Source of the DNA: an uncultured archaeon
GTDB lineage: Archaea > Asgardarchaeota > Thorarchaeia > Thorarchaeales > Thorarchaeaceae
Reading direction: 5' to 3'
Length of the DNA: 64,000 nucleotides
NCBI GenBank assembly: GCA_964648855.1
Contig: CAZYLT010000011.1
Span: 2,158-66,157, forward strand
The notes under the pieces were generated by a model. That model saw nothing but the letters and a program-made list of their open reading frames with translations, was not told where the DNA came from and did not search any database. Below, piece after piece: positions 57,060 to 64,000 of the stretch. A program made the position numbers and the translations under genes. The stretch's first letter is position 1, and each line of letters starts with the position of its first letter.

Positions 57060-59269
57060 ACAAAGAAACTAATGGCGCTCCAAAGCACCCAAATGACAGT
57101 CACAATCGCTTCTCCGGCGACGACCCCACTCAAAATCCTACTTACTCGCTCGTAGCGAGGCGCGTCTTTCGCAATACCACATGAGTCTATTTCATTCGAA
57201 CCGACCGTCTCTTTACTCATTTGGTAGTTAATACATCCACCAATGAGCATGGCCGCTGTTGTTGCCGGCGGAATCAAGAGGCCAACTGCAAGGCTCATTG
57301 GGCTCATGCCCCTTCTGTTTAGTTCTCTTCCTGCCAAGAATCCTATTGCTCCAAACACAAAGAGATAAGCAAAAGCGAGAAGAGGATGAAGATTAGGAAG
57401 TTGATCAAGACCTGGCATCTCCAGATTGCCCAGGCCTGCCAGACTGATAACCAGGAATCCAAAAAGTTGTGCTGCAGGACTTGGAAAATCGGCTCCGCCA
57501 AACCCGTAGATAAGAAAAATCATATACGTAATCAATGACCCTACTAACGTTCCAAGAAGGGCTCCAACAAACACTGCTTTGAAAATATCCCTCCCATTTA
57601 CTCCAGTTAGGGTGCCCAGTTTCAAGTGAACCAATACTGCGATGGCAGCATCCTGAAGTGCACCTAACATCGACATGAAAGTGATAATTGCTGCAAATGA
57701 TATCCGGAACAAGAGAATTGCTGGAATTGCCACCATGTCGGAAAAATAGCCAGCAAGCATTCCGGTTTCACTTATTGATCTTGCTGTGAAATAAGCAGAA
57801 ACCAGTGCTAGGGGTGAGCCAATTGCAAATAGGAGCCAATGTATTTGCAAACCGGAAAATAGCCTTAACACCCCAAAAACAAGGATTCCAACTGTCATGA
57901 ATATTAGCATAGAAGTGACAGCAACCCATGGGGGAATCTGCCCCCTTCTAGAATCCAAGTACGCTCTGGGGTCAGACACCATTGCACGAATCTCCTCTTT
58001 TATCGCCTTAATTGAGAATAACTGCCCTCTTACTCTCATGAGCCTATCAAGTTCAGAGGGCGAATGTGGGTCTTCTATGACTACACCCTGATATTCATTG
58101 AATTCCGTATTCTGCTCATTGACCGAACGTTCAAACTCATCGCGTGATAATTCGTCAGGACTTCTACTCGTGACAACATCCCCAAGAATAATAGATGCAA
58201 ACACTCCTAGCGCAAGATAGAGAATCTCTGGTCTAGTGAGATGTTCTCCAAAGGGAATGAATGCAGCACCCTCAATAGCCAGCCATATGACTAGAGAGGC
58301 GAGGCTTCCCGCTGCCATGACTAAGACCCGCTTCCATCCAACAAAGAACCCAATGGCTGCAATTAATGGTGAATTGCTAATCCCTATCCAATCCGGGACA
58401 ATGGGGTTCACTGCATGAGGAAAAGAGCTGAACGTGGCTGGTGCTTGTGTTCTAGAACTGACTACATACTCTGCAGCTCGTGTGGCCGCAGTCCAAGATG
58501 CCGCAGCTCCAAGGCCTGCTATTACCGCTGTCTTTGTGTCTACATCTGCACCAAGGCAATTGATGCACTCCGCCTGAGGCAAAACTTGCGGCCAGGGCTC
58601 ATTCATGAATCTATCCCTAAATGGCACCATTAGAATCAGTCCAAATATCGCGCTCGCTCCTGTCACGAAGGCTATAAATTGATACGTAATTAGCGATGAA
58701 GCGATACTCGGCTGAAAAATGGCGATGGCCGGAAAAGTGATTAGAACGCCAATGGAAACCATGGACGAGCTATTGGCTATAGATACGACCACTGCATTTT
58801 CTTCCGGAGTGTATTTTCCAAACATTGTCAAAATCAAGAAGCCCAGTAATTCCGCCCCAACGAAATAGACAACACCCAGCTTCAGCGCGAGATAAATGCC
58901 CAAGAAAGTCATGACTACTCCAACTATAACGCCTGTAGTCAACGCTCTCTTAGTCAAGGGAAACTTTGGCTTACTGGTAACAAAACCGTATATTGCCAAG
59001 CTACCTGCAGCCATTACAACAATCTCTGAAAACGCACCCAAGACTAGCGATAATGAAACATAAAGCACTACTCCTAGGCACAGCAGACCTAGGCTCTTTT
59101 TATCAAGGGGCCCCGTAACCAAAGAACCGACCAGAAGCACAGATTCGATCACTATTGTGGTGATGACACCATAGTCCGTCCTACCCTGAAAGAGAACGAT
59201 AAGTGCATAGAAAAGCCCTGCAATATATAAACCTAGCAAGAGAGCTCGGTCTGACTTGGGCTTCTTCAT
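57056..59269 (-). CDS. large polytopic membrane protein, OPT-family oligopeptide transporter-like
   Basis: 737 aa, ~16 hydrophobic helices, Gly-rich helix motifs resembling the OPT superfamily. Confidence 0.4.
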   Translation of the reverse strand: MKKPKSDRALLLGLYIAGLFYALIVLFQGRTDYGVITTIVIESVLLVGSLVTGPLDKKSLGLLCLGVVLYVSLSLVLGAFSEIVVMAAGSLAIYGFVTSKPKFPLTKRALTTGVIVGVVMTFLGIYLALKLGVVYFVGAELLGFLILTMFGKYTPEENAVVVSIANSSSMVSIGVLITFPAIAIFQPSIASSLITYQFIAFVTGASAIFGLILMVPFRDRFMNEPWPQVLPQAECINCLGADVDTKTAVIAGLGAAASWTAATRAAEYVVSSRTQAPATFSSFPHAVNPIVPDWIGISNSPLIAAIGFFVGWKRVLVMAAGSLASLVIWLAIEGAAFIPFGEHLTRPEILYLALGVFASIILGDVVTSRSPDELSRDEFERSVNEQNTEFNEYQGVVIEDPHSPSELDRLMRVRGQLFSIKAIKEEIRAMVSDPRAYLDSRRGQIPPWVAVTSMLIFMTVGILVFGVLRLFSGLQIHWLLFAIGSPLALVSAYFTARSISETGMLAGYFSDMVAIPAILLFRISFAAIITFMSMLGALQDAAIAVLVHLKLGTLTGVNGRDIFKAVFVGALLGTLVGSLITYMIFLIYGFGGADFPSPAAQLFGFLVISLAGLGNLEMPGLDQLPNLHPLLAFAYLFVFGAIGFLAGRELNRRGMSPMSLAVGLLIPPATTAAMLIGGCINYQMSKETVGSNEIDSCGIAKDAPRYERVSRILSGVVAGEAIVTVIWVLWSAISFFV

Positions 59270-59372
59270 CCTTTAATCCATCTCCAAGGAGAGCATGACA
59301 CCAAACAGAACACACTCTCTGCTGCTGAATAGTCATATCATGAATGGGCCAGAGTTCAGTGGTCAGATGTCG

Positions 59373-59684
59373 TTATTTATTGTTTATGCCCATCCGTAGT
59401 TTTTCCTCGACCTCCGATGGGGACATCCCGTGTATCACTAACGTTTTCTCCTTCGATAGATGACCTGAAGCAATGACAACCTCACTACTAGAAACTCCCA
59501 AGAGATTGGACAGTCTTTTTACCAGCTCTGCATTGGCTTTTCCTTTTCGGGGTGTACTCCTAAGATTAAGAACGATAAGGTCTTCGGCCATTTCTCGAAC
59601 GAGATTTTCTTCGTTCGAGTTGGGTCTCACGACAATGCGCAGGAATGTTCCCGTGTCAGCTTCCCAAATGGTTTTATCATTCAT
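59373..59684 (-). CDS. DUF167 (YggU/UPF0235) family protein
   Basis: TFLRIVVRPNS...TPRKGKANAELVKRLSNLLGV...VIASGHLSKEKTLVIHG; start at internal MNDK (ORF extends to 59828). Confidence 0.55.
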   Translation of the reverse strand: MNDKTIWEADTGTFLRIVVRPNSNEENLVREMAEDLIVLNLRSTPRKGKANAELVKRLSNLLGVSSSEVVIASGHLSKEKTLVIHGMSPSEVEEKLRMGINNK

Positions 59685-59733
59685 ATCTCTCAAATCATAC
59701 TTGGAATATTTGAATCTGTTCCGTCGTGAATTG

Positions 59734-59745
59734 TTTTTTATACAA
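59734..59745 (+). promoter_or_regulatory. TATA-like element upstream of the first profilin gene
   Basis: ttttttatacaa ~55 nt upstream of the 59800 ATG. Confidence 0.25.
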
Positions 59746-59799
59746 TACCTGCGGCTACAACTACGGAATTGAACAGATATTCTATGGAGTAAATTCGAA

Positions 59800-60180
59800 A
59801 TGTCTGATCCTATTATGGAAGCATACACACAAGCATATGAAGCGTCGAACCAGATGATTCAAGCCTTTGGAGTAATCAAGTCCGATGGGTCTGTTCTCTG
59901 GCAAAGCAATAACTGGGATTTGAGTGGTGATGCCCAGCAGCTAATCTCTGCTGTAAACAATCAATCAGCAAGTGTGAAACAGAATGATGTGAAATATAGT
60001 ACCATCAGAACAAGTCCTGAGAGCTTGGTTGCTAGGAATGTCCAAGGAAATGGAACTCTTATCCTTGCGAAGATTGAAGACGATAAATGGGTTGTTGCAT
60101 GGGCGGGTGCTGATGCGGCACCTGACAGTGTCTATGTGGATGTGGATCGCGCAGCCAAAGCACTGAAAGGACAAATATAG
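59800..60180 (+). CDS. profilin homologue 1
   Basis: 126 aa; block structure of eukaryotic/Asgard profilins (GVIKSDGSVLWQSNNWDLS...VKYSTIRTSPESLVARNVQGNGTLILAK...KWVVAWAGADAAPDSVYVDVDRAAKAL); note 'Loki profilin' GKDGKIITQTENWNIS / IKYMIVEN / GKGHVLICPI layout. Confidence 0.65.
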   Translation: MSDPIMEAYTQAYEASNQMIQAFGVIKSDGSVLWQSNNWDLSGDAQQLISAVNNQSASVKQNDVKYSTIRTSPESLVARNVQGNGTLILAKIEDDKWVVAWAGADAAPDSVYVDVDRAAKALKGQI

Positions 60181-60265
60181 AAGCGCCTTGCAGACCGACT
60201 ATATGGCACGTCTTTCTGCGTACATGCAACCCATTATCTATCTGATAAGGATGTGAACAAGAAGT

Positions 60266-60637
60266 TTGAGCTCTCGGATCGAGGATATTTGGAGTTCGTT
60301 ATACGCTAGCAATCCTAAGATCAAAGCTCTAGCTGTCATTGAGTCTTCCAGTGTTGTTTGGCAAACATCAAATTGGAATCTTGTTGAAGACGGCCCCACA
60401 ATTGTCGAGATGGCAAATAGTGGAGCTCCGACAATTATGCAAGGTGGAATGGAGTACTCTCATTTAGAATCGTCGGAAGATTACTACGTGGCTACAGCTG
60501 GTGAAAAGGGGCACCTACTAATCTCGAATGTCGATAAGAATCGGTCTATGGTCGCGTGGGCCGCGCCGGATTCTGACCCGGAGCTTGCCATAGTTGACCT
60601 CCAGTATTATGCCATATCCTTATGCAAGCAAAGCTAG
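60266..60637 (+). CDS. profilin homologue 2 (tandem paralogue)
   Basis: 123 aa; IKALAVIESSSVVWQTSNWNL ... MEYSHLESSEDYYVATAGEKGHLLISNVDKNRSMVAWAAPDSDP has the same block order as gene 1. Confidence 0.6.
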   Translation: MSSRIEDIWSSLYASNPKIKALAVIESSSVVWQTSNWNLVEDGPTIVEMANSGAPTIMQGGMEYSHLESSEDYYVATAGEKGHLLISNVDKNRSMVAWAAPDSDPELAIVDLQYYAISLCKQS

Positions 60638-60674
60638 AAGACTGCCTAATTTGGATACCGGCAAACGGCACTGT

Positions 60675-61448
60675 CTATTCATTGGCGAAGATAATCTCGC
60701 GTATACGTCTGTGAAGATTTATGTAATCTTCTTGACCAACCGAATGTATTTCAATAAGAAATTCGAACAAATCAAGCAGGTCTTTGTCGGCTAAATCGCC
60801 TCTAATCATATTTGCGACTTCTTTCCGTGGTTGCATCTCTAACTTGTATTTCTTAAGCAGCAGCTCCACTAGTTCTTGTTGATGCTCCTGACTCAAACTC
60901 ACATCAAACTTCTTTATGAGTTTCTGGACATATTCTTTGCTTTTCTTTTTGAGCACCTTTTCATCGGCGTCAAGCATTCCTGTTGTGAGCACGAACCCCT
61001 TAGCTGTCCTCTGATAGTAATCCGTAGTTCGTTTCCCTGTTGTGACCGTGCCATACTTGATTACGTAGTCGGCATCAATGAGTTTAGGGAGGTGGTGATA
61101 GACTTGATTCTTGGTTATTTCTTCCGCTCCCTCCACCTTCGTTGACTGTTTCACGATTTCAACCACGGACAAAGCATGTCGCTGGACTTCACGTTGGCGG
61201 ATGATTAAATCCCCCGTCTTCTCATCCCGTTTCTCTGTCGTGACAGTGTCAGGCATTCCCTCCCTCAGTACTCTAAGAATTGAAAGCCTTGCGCTATCAT
61301 CCAGCTCAGCAGCTCTCTCCGGATCCTTTATGAAAACGATCTCTTCCTGAGGTTTCTTCCCCTCTTCCGTTAATTCGATACCTTCTAGGCTATCTGGAAT
61401 GTCTGCGTTCAATGTCCTTCCGTCCACTTCTACTGCAGCTAGGCACAA
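60675..61448 (-). CDS. winged-HTH transcription regulator (ArsR/TrmB-like N-terminus) with coiled-coil C-terminal region
   Basis: DDSARLSILRVLREGMPDTV HTH-like segment; remainder charged and helical. Confidence 0.4.
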   Translation of the reverse strand: MCLAAVEVDGRTLNADIPDSLEGIELTEEGKKPQEEIVFIKDPERAAELDDSARLSILRVLREGMPDTVTTEKRDEKTGDLIIRQREVQRHALSVVEIVKQSTKVEGAEEITKNQVYHHLPKLIDADYVIKYGTVTTGKRTTDYYQRTAKGFVLTTGMLDADEKVLKKKSKEYVQKLIKKFDVSLSQEHQQELVELLLKKYKLEMQPRKEVANMIRGDLADKDLLDLFEFLIEIHSVGQEDYINLHRRIREIIFANE

Positions 61449-61980
61449 TTTTCTAGCACTTAAGTATAGAAAACACGGATTATAAGGTTAACGATTGAAT
61501 TACAAACGTACATTATGTTATTTTGTTGTGACACAAATAGTTTTGTGTATAAAGGTTTATACAACAAACCATGCGTAATATTTATATGTGTTTGGCACAC
61601 TATAAAGTACGTGAACAAAAATGGCTGAAGCAAAGAATGCAACCAAAATGAGTCATCTGAAAACCAGGCCAATGGGCAACGTGCAAAACACTGAAGCTCT
61701 TGGTTATGCATACCAATATCGGAGGTAAACTACATGGCTATTGCTAAAGACAAAAAGAATGAGAGAAAACACATCTCCACCAATGCAATCCTTTACTCTT
61801 ACTTCAGAAGGTAGTTCGTAATGGTATCCCCATATCAATCAAATCGACCGGAAGACAGAGATAACGATTGTCACTCAGTAGACCCCAATAGAGGGCGTGA
61901 CCTCTCATGCAAAGAAGTGCTCATGCTCGAAGCGACATGAGCACAGGCTTCTCTTTTCAAACCTTACTTTAACATACTAT

Positions 61981-62739
61981 CTACTTCTTGAAGACAATTC
62001 GATAGAACGTATCATTCATGATATAGTCTACTTCAACATCCCGTGCCTTGCCTGGAAGGTGCTCAAGTGGAGGTCTAGTATCGAAAAGAGCGTTTTCTTC
62101 AATAATGGCTCTTCCCCTAGATTCATTTCTGATCTTCGGTGATATCCCCTCGTCAATTACAACAACAGTCCCTTCATTTACTGTAACTCTAAGCATTTCC
62201 TGTAGGGCGTCTTCCTTTTCAGAAAATGTATTCAGTCCACCTGTATGTACTACAGTATCGAAGTAGTCACTCCGAAACGGGATCTTGAATACGTTTCCCT
62301 TTACAAGATTGACATTCAAGCCGACTTGTTTGAGCTTTGACCTAGCAACCTCTAGCATCCCGTCTGAAACGTCCAACCCGTGCATCGATAGTTTGGATAC
62401 TTTATCTTTCATAGCATTTCGAAGCGCGATGAAATTGGCGCCTGTACCGATACTAACATCGAGGATATTGATTTGACCTGTGTTTGGCAAAAACTGAACA
62501 AGGTCTTCTCGTTCTTTCATCATGTCAACCTGCAGCCAGCCGTCATAGCTTTGTACCGCTTCATCATACTTACTTGCCACGTTATCGTATTCAGCAACCC
62601 ATTTTCTATCCTTATCCTTCAGGGGGGGATACAACAAATCAACAATCGAATTTTCAATACTCCAGTAGTGCCCCTTTTCGCACGTTACTCCTCCTGTAAC
62701 AATGGACTCGTTCTGCTCCAATATCTCAGTAAGATGCAT
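61981..62739 (-). CDS. class I SAM-dependent methyltransferase with N-terminal Cys-containing segment
   Basis: Motif I ILDVSIGTGAN, motif II-like acidic HGLDVSDGM, post-I VVIDEG. Confidence 0.55.
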   Translation of the reverse strand: MHLTEILEQNESIVTGGVTCEKGHYWSIENSIVDLLYPPLKDKDRKWVAEYDNVASKYDEAVQSYDGWLQVDMMKEREDLVQFLPNTGQINILDVSIGTGANFIALRNAMKDKVSKLSMHGLDVSDGMLEVARSKLKQVGLNVNLVKGNVFKIPFRSDYFDTVVHTGGLNTFSEKEDALQEMLRVTVNEGTVVVIDEGISPKIRNESRGRAIIEENALFDTRPPLEHLPGKARDVEVDYIMNDTFYRIVFKK

Positions 62740-62885
62740 CTTTCTGCTGCATTTTGGACAACGTAAGGCATCTAAATCCTCAATTTTCAGAATGAATCAC
62801 GCCTCACAGAGTCTTATTGCCTGCTTCAATATCAATTTGACCTCACGTCCTAATAGATGGGATAACATATCCTACGACTCAAGTT

Positions 62886-63185
62886 TTATTCGACAGGAAA
62901 TTCCCTTTCCTCTGGGTGATCAAGAACAAATCTAATTTCATAAAGCCTATCTGCGATAGCCTGTCCCCTATCCGTCAGAGCAAGATAGGGGCTTCCTGCT
63001 CCCCCCTTATACTCGTTGGCAAGTTGTAATTCTACCAATCTAGACTTGATGGCTTCGAATGAAGCCTCGGGGTCATCAACGAGATCTTGCAGACGGGAAA
63101 TGAGGTCCCGTTCGAACTTGTCACTCCATTTTAATGCAAACAGGAGTTCAAGGACGGGTCTTTGTATCAGGTATTCGAGAGACAT
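62886..63185 (-). CDS. small hypothetical protein (possible winged-helix)
   Basis: 99-aa ORF; weak HTH-like pattern. Confidence 0.25.
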   Translation of the reverse strand: MSLEYLIQRPVLELLFALKWSDKFERDLISRLQDLVDDPEASFEAIKSRLVELQLANEYKGGAGSPYLALTDRGQAIADRLYEIRFVLDHPEEREFPVE

Positions 63186-63259
63186 CTCTATCGTTTTCTA
63201 TTACTTTCTTGTCAAATATGAAGTAAACGCTCCCATACCATCCTGCTTCAACGCTCGTC

Positions 63260-63952
63260 CTATTCAGATTGGAACTCTCTTAAGGACTCATTGGAATATC
63301 TCTTATTGGGATCTTCGTCCGGTGTCAAATCAAATGGATCTCTTGTCCAACTTAGGAGTCCCAAGCTGACTGGGATGATATTGACTAGCATTAGACTTAG
63401 GGAGAAAGCTACAATGATGGCAGGGTCGATATTGATCAGTCCAAATAAGAATAGAAATACCCCCTCTCTGATTCCAAGACCCTGAATTGAAACAGGTATA
63501 GCAGTTGCCATCGTAGATAATGCCAGTGCGACATTGATGAAAACCCAGTTGACATTAATCCCAAATGACCAAGCTAAAACTGTTGCTTGAAGCGTATATG
63601 TTAGCCACGCAACTGCTGAATACCCCAGACTCAACAGGAGGTTTCTCTTTCCTACTGACCTGATTACTGAAGGTAAAGTAAAGAGAAAGCTTCCCCTAAA
63701 TCCTGACGATAGTAGCGTATCAACTCTTGCCTTGAAGAACCATGTCCAGATTGTCTTTTTTATGAAATAGTAAAAGAAGATGAATCCTGCAATCCAAACC
63801 AGAGCAAAAAATAACCCGAGAATGGTTATGTCGATTTCTAACAGAATGAGTAGTGCAATGCCTCCTAAGGAATAGGGAACAATAATCGAGATAATTGCAT
63901 CTATGAAGATACTGAGCGTGGACTTGTCAGCTGGATTGCCTCTTGCTTTCAT
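63260..63952 (-). CDS. polytopic membrane protein (UPF0104 / lysyl-PG-synthase-TM-like flippase domain, tentative)
   Basis: Six or more hydrophobic helices; G-rich motifs; no soluble domain. Confidence 0.3.
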   Translation of the reverse strand: MKARGNPADKSTLSIFIDAIISIIVPYSLGGIALLILLEIDITILGLFFALVWIAGFIFFYYFIKKTIWTWFFKARVDTLLSSGFRGSFLFTLPSVIRSVGKRNLLLSLGYSAVAWLTYTLQATVLAWSFGINVNWVFINVALALSTMATAIPVSIQGLGIREGVFLFLFGLINIDPAIIVAFSLSLMLVNIIPVSLGLLSWTRDPFDLTPDEDPNKRYSNESLREFQSE

Positions 63953-64000
63953 GTATGGAATGCGAATGAAGTCGCCCAGACTCCCGGGAATAGCTAGATT

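Overview
Gene-dense archaeal chromosomal segment. Nearly all of it is coding, on both strands; there are no CRISPR arrays and no obvious transposons.

Several features point to an Asgard-type archaeon (Loki/Thor/Heimdall-like):
- Two tandem profilin homologues (59800..60637).
- Ribosomal proteins eL38, L40e, L37e and L21e.
- A SepF-like protein.
- Small roadblock/longin-like proteins.
- Four tRNA genes that all contain introns, two or three of them at non-canonical positions.

Most of the window is housekeeping, with the best-supported calls at confidence 0.65 to 0.85:
- Transcription and termination: aCPSF1/FttA, aCPSF2, RpoF, Alba, LSm.
- Translation and RNA modification: KsgA, Pus10, TruD, Pth2, a NOP2/Sun methyltransferase, a Mtq2-like methyltransferase.
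- Proteostasis: proteasome beta subunit, a PAC2-type proteasome assembly chaperone, an FKBP.
- Metabolism: succinyl-CoA synthetase alpha/beta, threonine synthase, dUTPase, peroxiredoxin, a geranylgeranyl-reductase-like flavoprotein.

The accessory-looking part is a co-directional cluster of about 12 kb (44285..56069, possibly continuing to the DHH gene at 57059). It is headed by a roughly 2057-aa membrane-anchored protein that carries a transglutaminase-like Cys/His core, about 14 tandem prealbumin/Cna-B-like repeats of roughly 100 aa, and many N-glycosylation sequons. Behind it sit DUF4129, a DUF4350-like protein, a MoxR AAA+ ATPase, a DUF58 (vWA-like) protein and a polytopic membrane protein.

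Other points of interest:
- Two Ski2/Hel308-like paralogues. One has intact ATPase motifs and an N-terminal winged helix. The other has degenerate Walker A and DExH motifs plus a C-terminal SWIM zinc finger.
- A secreted HExxH metalloprotease-like protein.
- A KaiC/RecA-like C-terminal fragment next to a roughly 500-nt non-coding gap.
- Two small genes missing from the ORF track: L40e (33428..33586) and a C2H2 zinc-finger peptide (8035..8148).
- Two ORF-track entries that are spurious because they overlap tRNA genes (8753..8953 and 33259..33717).

All calls rest on motif-level reading of the six-frame translations and on hand-folded tRNAs. No database search was possible.
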